Origin: an uncultured virus (IMG/VR IMGVR_UViG_3300035235_000742)
Taxonomy: Duplodnaviria; Heunggongvirae; Uroviricota; Caudoviricetes; Crassvirales
Reading direction: 5' to 3' (one strand)
DNA: 64,000 nt
IMG/VR virus record: IMGVR_UViG_3300035235_000742
Part shown: positions 49,593-58,896 of the stretch, piece by piece
How positions within the stretch are numbered: the stretch's first letter is position 1
How the letters are laid out: each line of letters opens with the position of its first letter
Translations under genes and position numbers: made by a program
Notes under the pieces: model-generated
What the model saw: only the letters and a program-made list of their open reading frames with translations
What the model was told of the DNA's origin: nothing
Databases searched by the model: none

Positions 49593-49853
49593 TTAAAATC
49601 TTGAACAACACCATCTTTTTCTAGCAGCTCTTCCTCTTTCACCATCCCAGCTTTTTGATCTACTACAAAATGCTTTTTGTCTTTTGTAAGCCTTAGTGCC
49701 TACTTTAACATCACATTTAGTCACGGCTGTTTTTAGCTTGCTGCCAGGGTTTTTCTTTCTATATTCTTTAACACCTTTAGCAGTCATACCAGCACCTTCT
49801 TTTGTGCTTCTAAAATTACGACCTTTACCTTTTGTAGTTTTTCTTATTGCCAT
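49593..49853 (-). CDS. small very basic protein
   Basis: 86 aa; FCSRS...AARKRWCC. Confidence 0.7.
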   Translation of the reverse strand: MAIRKTTKGKGRNFRSTKEGAGMTAKGVKEYRKKNPGSKLKTAVTKCDVKVGTKAYKRQKAFCSRSKSWDGERGRAARKRWCCSRF

Positions 49854-49993
49854 TACTTTTTCTTAATCTTCACGCAGTTATTAACCATTTTAGGTTTACC
49901 ATTTTTATCTTTTTTTCCACTTGGTGATTTTTTCTTACCATCAGCTTTGTAACCTTTCCAACATTTAGGACCTTTAGTTTTTTTCTTAGCCAT
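49853..49993 (-). CDS. small very basic protein (46 aa)
   Basis: Read manually: KCWKGY...VNNCVK. Confidence 0.65.
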   Translation of the reverse strand: MAKKKTKGPKCWKGYKADGKKKSPSGKKDKNGKPKMVNNCVKIKKK

Positions 49994-49996
49994 AAT

Positions 49997-50131
49997 TTAC
50001 TTTTTTTTACAAGACGGATCTTTTTTATGATTATATCCCTTTGCCTCTAACTTATCATGGTCTTCTTTTTTGAAAGCCATTTTAACTTTACAGTCTTTAT
50101 ACATTGGGTGAGGTTTAAATTTCTTTTCCAT
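49997..50131 (-). CDS. small basic protein (44 aa)
   Basis: Read manually: MEKKFKPHPMY...KGYNH. Confidence 0.6.
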   Translation of the reverse strand: MEKKFKPHPMYKDCKVKMAFKKEDHDKLEAKGYNHKKDPSCKKK

Positions 50132-50135
50132 TATC

Positions 50136-50537
50136 TTATATTTTTCTACCTTTTTTATCTACCTTAACTTCTTTAACTATTACTTTAGGTCTCTTATTTT
50201 GTAATGCTTCTAACTGCTTGTTAAGCTCTTCTAGCTTACCATCAGCTTCTGTGCCATCTTTAATCATGCTAGCAGTTATACTAACCTCTTCTTTTAGTAT
50301 ATTTTGAGTTTGCTCTAGCATATCTACTTGGTCTATTAGCTGATTAATCATTTTTTCGTTCCACTCTTCTTTTAGTTCATACTCTAAACGAGATACTTCA
50401 ACTGGTGGTAAAGTTTTAGCTTCTGCTATGTCTTCTTGTAAAGTATAGTACATGCCTACTACCGTAGTGGTAAACATTATTATCCCAATTACAGTTTTTA
50501 TATCAATTTTAAACTCAGTGTTTTCAGATATTTTCAT
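50136..50537 (-). CDS. membrane-anchored coiled-coil protein (spanin-like?)
   Basis: One N-terminal TM plus coiled coil, next to the endolysin; start re-assigned to MKISENT. Confidence 0.5.
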   Translation of the reverse strand: MKISENTEFKIDIKTVIGIIMFTTTVVGMYYTLQEDIAEAKTLPPVEVSRLEYELKEEWNEKMINQLIDQVDMLEQTQNILKEEVSITASMIKDGTEADGKLEELNKQLEALQNKRPKVIVKEVKVDKKGRKI

Positions 50538-50937
50538 ATTCTTTCGTCGCGTCAAATGATGGGCATGCTTTATTAGCAAACTCATTATGTGAATAAATAG
50601 TAGCAAGCGGAAACATAGCCATTAATGTTTTAAGGACGTGTAACAAGCTTTCTTTTTGTACTTCTGTTCTAGTATCCTTTGGTGTCTTACCATCACTCTC
50701 TACACCACCGCAATAACAAATTCCTATTGAATTTCTATTGTGCCCTTTGCAATGAGCTCCTGTTTTGTCTATATCTCTACCTTTTTTAATAGTACCATCG
50801 AGTTCTATATAAAAATGGTAGCCTATATCTGTCCAACCCCTGCTTTCAGTATGCCACTTTTTAATAGTTTCTACAGGTATGTCTTGACCTTCTCTAGTTG
50901 CAGAGCAATGTATTATAATTTCATTTATACTTCTCAT
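50524..50937 (-). CDS. N-acetylmuramoyl-L-alanine amidase (T7 lysozyme-like endolysin)
   Basis: IIHCSAT, IGYHF, GAHCKGHN, SIGICY.GG, H...KACP. Confidence 0.92.
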   Translation of the reverse strand: MRSINEIIIHCSATREGQDIPVETIKKWHTESRGWTDIGYHFYIELDGTIKKGRDIDKTGAHCKGHNRNSIGICYCGGVESDGKTPKDTRTEVQKESLLHVLKTLMAMFPLATIYSHNEFANKACPSFDATKEYENI

Positions 50938-51428
50938 TTTGAGTACATTTTAGTTATTGGATTTTTACTAGCAAAAGTGTTTTTAAAAGTTATAGGAGTT
51001 TGACTAAGACTATATACATCCATGATGGTGCTAGATCCTGAACCATCAACTGGAGTGTCTACTCCTTGGTTTTGTAAATCAATTAAAGTTCCTTTTTCTA
51101 AATTTCTATTATATATTTCTTTAGCTTCTTCGTATCTTATAGAATTTAGTTCTTTTCTTTTAGTTGTTTTAGATTGTTTGTATATTTTTTTAACTTTATT
51201 TAAAGTTTTTTTATTTTCAATACTTAAAGATTTGTTTTTCTTTAATTCTTTAGTACGTTCTATACCTTTTTTAGCTTTTTTGTTTTTATCTGCAGCTATA
51301 GATTTAGCTTTGGCTTTTTTATCGTATTTTTTTTGTTTATCAGCTTGTATTTTATCACTAGATTCTTTTATTTTAATTTTCTGATATTCTCTATAACTAC
51401 CGTGTTTAGCCTTGTCGTACTCTTCCAT
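50934..51428 (-). CDS. Lys-rich hypothetical protein
   Basis: 164 aa. Confidence 0.6.
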   Translation of the reverse strand: MEEYDKAKHGSYREYQKIKIKESSDKIQADKQKKYDKKAKAKSIAADKNKKAKKGIERTKELKKNKSLSIENKKTLNKVKKIYKQSKTTKRKELNSIRYEEAKEIYNRNLEKGTLIDLQNQGVDTPVDGSGSSTIMDVYSLSQTPITFKNTFASKNPITKMYSK

Positions 51429-51432
51429 TGAA

Positions 51433-51588
51433 TTATTTTTTCTTATGCAACAGTAACCATTTGTGTACAGTATAACCTATGGTTAAGGTTAACAATAATA
51501 TTTCTAACATTGGCTCTACCCAGTTTAATGTGGCTAAAGCAAATGAAGATGCATTTAATAAATACAGCTTCAAATCTTCCATATCCAT
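51433..51588 (-). CDS. small membrane protein (holin-like, 51 aa)
   Basis: Read manually: hydrophobic segments and basic tail HKKK. Confidence 0.55.
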   Translation of the reverse strand: MDMEDLKLYLLNASSFALATLNWVEPMLEILLLTLTIGYTVHKWLLLHKKK

Positions 51589-51764
51589 TATCTATTTGCG
51601 TTTAATACTGCGTTTCCTTTATAAGGTATATTATCTATTTGTCTTAATGTAGGTATAATTGTTGTGTTGTTACTTTTCATAACTCTAGTTCCTACTATAG
51701 GCTTATTGCATCCACATTCTAATTTAACACCTGCTGGTGTTTGTTTTTCTCCGTAACTTGGCAT
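51588..51764 (-). CDS. small hypothetical protein (58 aa)
   Basis: Read manually: MPSYGEKQTPAG...; TAATG coupling. Confidence 0.55.
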   Translation of the reverse strand: MPSYGEKQTPAGVKLECGCNKPIVGTRVMKSNNTTIIPTLRQIDNIPYKGNAVLNANR

Positions 51765-51774
51765 AATTATTTAT

Positions 51775-52230
51775 TTATAAAGTTTTTAAATAAGCATCGA
51801 GCTCTTCTTCGTTCATATCTCCTTTTTCCATTGCACCTTGAATTTTACCTTTTTTAGCAAAATCTTCAGCTATTTCATTCCCCATGCTCATACTTTCATC
51901 CAAAACTAATCTTGGCTGTGCGTAGTTTAAAGCTGGTGATCCAGTTTTTTTAATAGGCAAGTTTTTAGCTATTGAACCAAATTTAGCAGTCATAGTTCCT
52001 TGAGATGCTGAGATTTTGTTTGGATCCATAGGATAACTAGAGGCAATTGTCGTCATATCGTTTACTGACCTATTTGGCACGCCAGCTCTGTTTGGCATAG
52101 GCTCATTGTTATACATTAATTCACCAGTCACAGGGTGCGTAGAGGGTATTTGTTTATCTTGACTCACCATACCCATATTAGCTGGGGTTTTATATTCATT
52201 CATATTATCTTGTTTTATCTTTGTTAACAT
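51775..52230 (-). CDS. hypothetical protein (start probably 52203)
   Basis: ORF track; M/P-rich. Confidence 0.6.
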   Translation of the reverse strand: MLTKIKQDNMNEYKTPANMGMVSQDKQIPSTHPVTGELMYNNEPMPNRAGVPNRSVNDMTTIASSYPMDPNKISASQGTMTAKFGSIAKNLPIKKTGSPALNYAQPRLVLDESMSMGNEIAEDFAKKGKIQGAMEKGDMNEEELDAYLKTL

Positions 52231-52639
52231 ACTCTATAGACTTAGTAATTACTTTAAAACTATATCTATTACTTTTTTCTAATTTTTTAGTAGGCATATC
52301 TTCTTCGCCTAACATTACTCGGTACATGCGACTTATCAGCTGTTTGCACTTGTATGAAACTTTGTATATATGATATTTTTGAGTAGTGTGGTTTCTTTTT
52401 CTCCACACTGTAATCCACCCTTGTTTCAATAATCTGTTCCAGCGCCTATTATCCCAGCTGAATGAGTACGTACCTTTTATAAAATCATCTTTAGTAAACA
52501 TATCTATAGCATCAAGATATATTAATAACTCTAATTCTGCATCATTTAAGTTATTAGTTTTACAAGCCCATTTTCTGATTATTCTATAATGCTTAAGTAA
52601 ACCTAGTTCTTTTAAATCACTAGATGTTAACTTTCTCAT
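52205..52639 (-). CDS. putative winged-helix protein
   Basis: LNDAELELLIYL...RLLKQGWI...YKVS.K pattern (MarR-like). Confidence 0.5.
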   Translation of the reverse strand: MRKLTSSDLKELGLLKHYRIIRKWACKTNNLNDAELELLIYLDAIDMFTKDDFIKGTYSFSWDNRRWNRLLKQGWITVWRKRNHTTQKYHIYKVSYKCKQLISRMYRVMLGEEDMPTKKLEKSNRYSFKVITKSIEYVNKDKTR

Positions 52640-52896
52640 AGTATAACAACTACGTCAAACTCTTTTATAACTTTATATTCTTCTTTATCTATTTCAATGT
52701 TAAATCCAGCAGCTTTGTCATAATAAACTTCATCACCTTTTTTTAACACAGATACTTCAGAGCCAGGTTCTATAACCTTAGCTCTTCTATATCTAACATC
52801 TTCTCTTTGCTTTTCAGCTAAGATTAATCCACCTTTTGTAGTTACGTCAGTTTCTTTAACTGGATCTATAACTATAAACTTACCTACTGCTTTCAT
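52636..52896 (-). CDS. groES: co-chaperonin GroES
   Basis: TTKGGLIL mobile loop, KKGDEVYY, VIKEFDVV. Confidence 0.88.
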   Translation of the reverse strand: MKAVGKFIVIDPVKETDVTTKGGLILAEKQREDVRYRRAKVIEPGSEVSVLKKGDEVYYDKAAGFNIEIDKEEYKVIKEFDVVVIL

Positions 52897-54440
52897 GCTC
52901 TAACGTTATTAATAACACAATCAGTAGATAATATTGTTGTGGCTACTGAGGCTGCGTTCATTAATGCACTTTTAGTAACTAGCAAAGGGTCTATAATTCC
53001 GGCTTTTACCATATCAACCGTATTTCCTGTAACCACATCTAATCCCGTACCTTTTACTTCTGGTGTTTTATAATCTTCAACGCCAGCATTCTTAAGTATC
53101 AATTTATAAGGTTCTTTAATAGCACAGTAAAGTACTTCTTCGCCTATTGACATTGGTTTTAATTGCTGTGCAGCGTTTAATAAAGCTATACCACCTCCTG
53201 GCACTATACCTTCTTTGATCGCAGCTTTTGTAGCACAAATAGCATCTTCTACTCTATCTCTTTTTTCTTTTAATTCTAACTCTGAATTAGCGCCAACTTT
53301 AACAGTTGCAACTTTAGCTTTTAACTTAGCTAATCGTTTCTCTAGTCTAATTATTATATTAGAGTTTTTAGTTTCTTTAATCTGCTTTTCTAGTAATTTA
53401 ATTATATCTTTAACATCTTTATTACTAGATAAATCAACTTGCATGATAGTATCCTCATGGTTTGTAACAACCTTTAAACAAGTTCCTAGATGTTCTGGAT
53501 CTATAATATCCATATCATCACCTAGATCTTCATTAATAAGTGTAGCACCAGTAACCGCGCATAAATCATTTAGAGTATCCTTCTTACTAATACCATAAAC
53601 CGGTGCGTCTACAATGTTGACCTTTATGTTTCCTTTTACTTTATTCATCGAAAGTGCTGAAACAACTTGTGGGTCAACATCTGCTATTATAAGCAAACTC
53701 TTACCTGTCTTTATTACGTGTTCAAGAACTGACTGAATCTTCCGCACGTTGGGTATTACTGACTCTACAATTAGAATCAACGGATTTTCAAGTTCAGCCG
53801 TGCCCTTTTCTTTGTTGGTAATAAAGTGGTTGTTTTTCAAGGGTTGATCATATTGCACACCTTCTATTAATTCAACTACTGTTTCAGGTTGTTCATTTGT
53901 TTCCATCATTACAATACCTGTTTCATTTACTAATATAAATGCCTCACCTATAACCTTCCCAAGCTTTTTATCATTATTGGCTGATATTGTAGCCACTTGG
54001 TTGATTTTTTTACCTTTTACTTTCTTTGCTGTCTTTTCTAAATAAGCTATAACTTTCTTAACGCCTGAGTCAATGCCTTCTTTTAATTCTCTTGAAGTAT
54101 CTAGTTCACTGTGTTTATAAGCTTCATCTAAAATAGCTTTTGCTAGTACCGTAGCAGTTGTAGTACCATCACCAGCATCAGCAACTGTTCTTTGTGCTGC
54201 TTGCTTTATTAACGTAGCTCCAATATTTTCTAAAGAATCTTGTAATGTAACTGCATTAGCCACTGTTACTCCGTCTTTTGTTATCATAGGGTTTCCATTG
54301 CCATCTTCTAAGATAACACATTTACCACTTGCTCCTAAAGTAGATCCAACCGCATTGGTTAGTTTCTCTACCCCAGTTAATATCTGACTTCTGGCAACAT
54401 CACCAAAAGCCAGATTTTTAACTAACTTTAATTCTTGCAT
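52893..54440 (-). CDS. groEL: chaperonin GroEL
   Basis: ITKDGVTVA, GDGTTTATVLA, VEDAICAT.AA..EGIVPGGG, GIIDP. Confidence 0.95.
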   Translation of the reverse strand: MQELKLVKNLAFGDVARSQILTGVEKLTNAVGSTLGASGKCVILEDGNGNPMITKDGVTVANAVTLQDSLENIGATLIKQAAQRTVADAGDGTTTATVLAKAILDEAYKHSELDTSRELKEGIDSGVKKVIAYLEKTAKKVKGKKINQVATISANNDKKLGKVIGEAFILVNETGIVMMETNEQPETVVELIEGVQYDQPLKNNHFITNKEKGTAELENPLILIVESVIPNVRKIQSVLEHVIKTGKSLLIIADVDPQVVSALSMNKVKGNIKVNIVDAPVYGISKKDTLNDLCAVTGATLINEDLGDDMDIIDPEHLGTCLKVVTNHEDTIMQVDLSSNKDVKDIIKLLEKQIKETKNSNIIIRLEKRLAKLKAKVATVKVGANSELELKEKRDRVEDAICATKAAIKEGIVPGGGIALLNAAQQLKPMSIGEEVLYCAIKEPYKLILKNAGVEDYKTPEVKGTGLDVVTGNTVDMVKAGIIDPLLVTKSALMNAASVATTILSTDCVINNVRA

Positions 54441-54472
54441 TTAATTTAATTTAATATAATTGATTTTGAATA

Positions 54473-54763
54473 CTACTCGAAGGTTTTAATTACTTTCGGT
54501 CCTTTGGTAAACTCTAGCTTTTTAGCATAATGTTCAACAGAAGCATCTATTGCTTGCTCTGCTCCAGCTATTGTTTCTCTTCTGGTAACATCGATCCAGT
54601 CATCTGAGTCGATAGATTTATATTCGGTTTGTAAAAACCCATTAGGTAGTTGAACTATTCTCCAGTTTTTCTTCTGTGAAATGTGTTTCCAGTACTCAAT
54701 GGTATCTTCTGTTGGTTGTGGTGCACTAGACCACGTATTGGTGCGGGTATATAAAAACGTCAT
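54473..54763 (-). CDS. hypothetical protein
   Basis: 96 aa upstream of groEL. Confidence 0.7.
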   Translation of the reverse strand: MTFLYTRTNTWSSAPQPTEDTIEYWKHISQKKNWRIVQLPNGFLQTEYKSIDSDDWIDVTRRETIAGAEQAIDASVEHYAKKLEFTKGPKVIKTFE

Positions 54764-54797
54764 TGTTTTTGGTTTTAAGTTAAACGTTGGTTATTTA

Positions 54798-54825
54798 TAT
54801 TATCACTTGATAATTCGGTTATTTA
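54798..54825 (-). promoter_or_regulatory. class B promoter-like motif within a 12-bp direct repeat (ATATAAATAACC x2)
   Basis: TAAAtaaccgaattatcaaGTGATAATA on the - strand, upstream of the chaperonin operon. Confidence 0.55.
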
Positions 54826-54845
54826 TATTGTTAATTAATATTTTT

Positions 54846-57197
54846 TTACTCGGTACAATCTTTTGGTAATTCATCACAAGAAGTAAAATTGCCAACTATA
54901 GTGTGGTTAAGAGTTGGTAATTCAATTTTTTCGTCTTGCTGAACGTAGCAGCACTCTTGACCAGTATTACCATTTCTGATTATAGCATAGGGATCTGTAG
55001 CTTGCGCAACTGGAATATAAACCGTATTAAGCATAGCATTACAGTCCTCACCATCTGTGCCTTCGCATTTTGTATATTCAGCGCATTGTTGAGCAACTGC
55101 TCCTTCAATTGTTATTAAATCAGTGTTATTAACTACTCCAAATTGGAAACTTAAAAACCTGTATTTAAGACCTATAAAAAATCTTGTTTGTGAATTTGCA
55201 GGAAATGTAGGCGGAACGCCATTAGTGGCTAAACTTAAATAAACTTTATTACCAAGTGGTTGGTTGTTAGTATTAGAGCCAATTTGCCAAGCTCCATTCA
55301 TTCCCCCTTGATCTACACCATTTATATTACCTTGATATAATCCACAACTAGCTCCACTTTTTCCTCCTGTAGCTGTAGAGGTTAAAAAGTCATTAGTTAT
55401 CCTAAAATAACCTTGTTCGTAGGGACTTGATATAATTTGTCCACTTAAATCGTTAGATGGATATATTACTAAATCCGTATTATCGCCCCAAGTTCCAATA
55501 CTTGAGTTATTGTTTATTTGTCTATAAAACCAAAAATCAGCTAACAAGCATGTTAAGTTGCTTGGTGTATTTACTAAAACTTCCCCAGTTAATGGTGTAG
55601 TTCCTAACTGTTCTAATGCAGATATTTTAATTTCAAATGTATCATAAATATAGTTATCAACAACTTTTCCAGTACGGCCAAAAGCAGCTGATCTTCTTAA
55701 ATTATTTGCTTGGTTATCTATAGATGTTGGAGAACCTGTTATATTTCCTTGGCCATAAGATCCCATTTTAACATAGCCATTACCTGCTATTGGTGCTCCG
55801 GTAGTTGGATCGGTAAAACCTTGCACAAATAAGTTTTGCTCAGAAGTATGGCCGACATTAATTTCATTACGAACGCGCATTGATCCATTTACATCAAAAG
55901 CAGCTCCTGGGCTATTTGTTCTAAAGCCAACTCTTCTATTCGTAGTGTCCATATATAGAACGCCGTCAGTTGCTGGATTACCTCCAACTTTTATAACTTC
56001 AACAAGACCTGCAGTAGACTCATTAATAGAACTATCACCTAGATCTGAAGTAGTGCTCCATCTAGGTAATCTACCCGCAGTACCTGATCCACCAACTGTT
56101 CCGCCACCAACGTCATAATTAGTAGTACCTATAGTTATAGTGGTTAAAGCAGTTCCACCAGTTAATGGATTAGCTACTACATTTGTGCCAGGTGCAGTTG
56201 ACCAATTCACGCCTAAGCCTGTCGAGGTTAAAACATCGCCACTAGAACCTTGAGCACCGTTTACTTGTAAATTTAGTAGATTAACATTTTCTGCATATAG
56301 TTTTTCTACTGAAGTTCCTTCATATACAAATGGTAATTCTTCTTGGCCAACGCTGGTGGCCGGTGCTATTGTAACAGTACCAGAAGAAACAATTGTATTA
56401 TTATCATATCCTAATAAACTATCGTGGAAAACCATCATTGGGACTGCCACGCCTCCAGATCCAAGTGCATTGAGATAAACTTCAAGATAGGTTATATTAG
56501 TAGCTGAGTCTGTAGCAATTCTAGCTTTATCTAAGTATCCATTATTTCCATACTGCTCTAGCTTTAAAGTATTAGTAGAAGCAGGGTCTCCGTAAGTTTT
56601 AAAAGCATTAATAACATAGGTTGTTGGAGCCACGTTGTTCCCTGTTGTTGAAAGTTTTATAACAGTGCCTCCTCTTGAAGCGCCAGCCCATTCCATTATT
56701 CTATACCAACCTAAAACTGCAGGAAAAGTAATACCTGTGTTGTTTCCGATGCTTTCTATGCCTCTAGCTGAAAAATCTCCATCTACTTCTAGCTTTTTAG
56801 ATACAGGAGCTGCTCCAATACCTATATTGCCACTTGATTCAAGAATAACACTATCAGTTAATTCAGTAGTTGTAGTACCCCATTTAGGTAATGTTCCAAC
56901 TGTACCTGATCCACCTACAGTACCACCTGCGCTTTTTTCAACTAAGTCAGCGTCTGCTATGCCGTCTTCAAACCAATATTCTTTTATTGGTTGTACAGTA
57001 CCATTAATTGTTAGTACAATACCTACTGTTAGACCTTTGTACCTGAAATTATTAATAAGAACAACAAAAACACTATTATTTTTAGCATCTGTTAAAGCTA
57101 ACGCTGCTGTTGTTCCGCTGCCATAGTAAGGTCCATATTTAGCATCTCCAGGCTTTGTAGTCTGGGCAAGTATATTGTCACTTAAGTTTATTGCCAT
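54846..57197 (-). CDS. tail fibre-like protein
   Basis: 783 aa, G/T-rich, duplicated GGTVGGSGT.G.LP.W repeat, VGFRTNSP..AFDVNG motif, Cys-rich C-terminus. Confidence 0.65.
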   Translation of the reverse strand: MAINLSDNILAQTTKPGDAKYGPYYGSGTTAALALTDAKNNSVFVVLINNFRYKGLTVGIVLTINGTVQPIKEYWFEDGIADADLVEKSAGGTVGGSGTVGTLPKWGTTTTELTDSVILESSGNIGIGAAPVSKKLEVDGDFSARGIESIGNNTGITFPAVLGWYRIMEWAGASRGGTVIKLSTTGNNVAPTTYVINAFKTYGDPASTNTLKLEQYGNNGYLDKARIATDSATNITYLEVYLNALGSGGVAVPMMVFHDSLLGYDNNTIVSSGTVTIAPATSVGQEELPFVYEGTSVEKLYAENVNLLNLQVNGAQGSSGDVLTSTGLGVNWSTAPGTNVVANPLTGGTALTTITIGTTNYDVGGGTVGGSGTAGRLPRWSTTSDLGDSSINESTAGLVEVIKVGGNPATDGVLYMDTTNRRVGFRTNSPGAAFDVNGSMRVRNEINVGHTSEQNLFVQGFTDPTTGAPIAGNGYVKMGSYGQGNITGSPTSIDNQANNLRRSAAFGRTGKVVDNYIYDTFEIKISALEQLGTTPLTGEVLVNTPSNLTCLLADFWFYRQINNNSSIGTWGDNTDLVIYPSNDLSGQIISSPYEQGYFRITNDFLTSTATGGKSGASCGLYQGNINGVDQGGMNGAWQIGSNTNNQPLGNKVYLSLATNGVPPTFPANSQTRFFIGLKYRFLSFQFGVVNNTDLITIEGAVAQQCAEYTKCEGTDGEDCNAMLNTVYIPVAQATDPYAIIRNGNTGQECCYVQQDEKIELPTLNHTIVGNFTSCDELPKDCTE

Positions 57198-57222
57198 ATT
57201 ATTATAATAAGGTTTTTATTTA

Positions 57223-58875
57223 TTAAGGCAGTGCAGTTCTTATCAGTGTGTTTGTTCCTAGTCCTGAAGCAGAAGGGGTTATATAAATTTTATAATCTAT
57301 AGAGCTCCAGCCTGGAGAAATACCTGTGCTAGATACTGCTGCTGTTACGCCTGCGTTAAAAGCATCTGGTGGATTTGTAGATTGACCAATGCCACCATTG
57401 TTTAAACCGGTAACAAACCAAGATCGTTTATCAGCATAAAAAGCTGGTATAGCAAAATAATGAAATTCTGTAGCAGTACCAAAGTTCATTGATATAGAAC
57501 TAGCTCCACCATTTGTTATTACTTTTGTACCTGCGTTTCCTGCGCTTATTAAAGAAGCTACTCCTGATATTGTAAACAATGTTGAGCCTGAACCATAAAA
57601 TATAGGATAATAAGCTGCTATTGTGATGGTGTTTGAAGTTTTTGTTGAAGCAGCTTGTGGTGCATTTACTCCACTCCCAAAAGATCTAGTATCATTATTA
57701 CCTGCACTATTCAACTTTACCTGACCTTGGCTATTATCTGCTGTAGATTTAAATGTTAAACTTGTTGAAGTATTACTACCGCTTGGTGCTGGTAATGCAA
57801 TGCTATCAGTATAAGAAGAAGTATATCTTTCATTTGGAGCATTTGGAGAAGTAAAACCAAATTCTGGATTGTAAGTTATACCACCAGTTTGAACAGGAGT
57901 TCCAATACCAGTAAATTCAGTAGTTGATGTTCCGTTTAATGTTTTAATAATTCTTATTTCAGTAAAAGCACCTCCATCTTGAGTATTAGCAGTTGCTGTT
58001 ACAGTAGGAGCTATAGTACTTCCTATTTCAAAAGTTGTACCAATATTATCAGCTGTAGATAAATTAGCAGCGCTATATCTAGGTAATTGAGTAGGGAATA
58101 ATATTTTATTTAATACATCTACTAGTGAGTCTCCTGCAAACGCAGAAACTGGAGTATTTGCTGCAACACCACCAACAGCTACACTTAGTTGAGTAGAAGA
58201 TAACTGAGTATCATATATTGTATCTAAACTAATTTGAGTCGGCATTAAAGATCCATCACTAAAATCAGCAGCGTCTAATGTTACTACTAAATTAACTGTT
58301 GATCCAGCTAATTGAGCTGAAGAAACAACTAAAGTATCACCAGCTGCATAACCTGCACCTGCGGTTGTTATAGTTACGGAGCTAACTGTTCCACCTGATA
58401 CAATGGCAGAAACCACAGCGGCAGCAGTAGGAGACCCACTTGAAGTAGTTGTTAATCCTGTGTAAGTACCATCAGTTGTTATGCCTGTAGGGTTTGTTGT
58501 TATAGTAGTCAAAGGTTTTCCTTGAGCTATTAAACCTTTACCAGCAACAGAATTGACATCGATCTTTGAAACAGCAGTAGATACCGAAGTTCCAGTTTGT
58601 AGTATTTCAATAGCTCCACCTTGGCTTGACGAAGTCTTTTCTTCAAGATCATAATCTTGAATACCATCTTTAAACCACCACTCTTGCACGTATGCTGGGG
58701 AATTTGAAGTATCTACTAATCCTACAGTAAGCCCCTGGTATCTGAAGTTTGCTATATTAAGACTTAATGCATTTGCTTTTGCAGTAGCTAGTGAAGATGC
58801 CGAAAATGGACCATACTTAGCATCTGCTGGTTTTGTTGTTTGTGCTAATATATTATCACTTAAATTTATTGCCAT
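57223..58875 (-). CDS. fibre/structural protein
   Basis: 550 aa, S/T-rich; shares N-terminus with 54846-57197 and C-terminal domain with 58897-60312. Confidence 0.65.
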   Translation of the reverse strand: MAINLSDNILAQTTKPADAKYGPFSASSLATAKANALSLNIANFRYQGLTVGLVDTSNSPAYVQEWWFKDGIQDYDLEEKTSSSQGGAIEILQTGTSVSTAVSKIDVNSVAGKGLIAQGKPLTTITTNPTGITTDGTYTGLTTTSSGSPTAAAVVSAIVSGGTVSSVTITTAGAGYAAGDTLVVSSAQLAGSTVNLVVTLDAADFSDGSLMPTQISLDTIYDTQLSSTQLSVAVGGVAANTPVSAFAGDSLVDVLNKILFPTQLPRYSAANLSTADNIGTTFEIGSTIAPTVTATANTQDGGAFTEIRIIKTLNGTSTTEFTGIGTPVQTGGITYNPEFGFTSPNAPNERYTSSYTDSIALPAPSGSNTSTSLTFKSTADNSQGQVKLNSAGNNDTRSFGSGVNAPQAASTKTSNTITIAAYYPIFYGSGSTLFTISGVASLISAGNAGTKVITNGGASSISMNFGTATEFHYFAIPAFYADKRSWFVTGLNNGGIGQSTNPPDAFNAGVTAAVSSTGISPGWSSIDYKIYITPSASGLGTNTLIRTALP

Positions 58876-58896
58876 TTTATGTTAAATTATTTTTTG

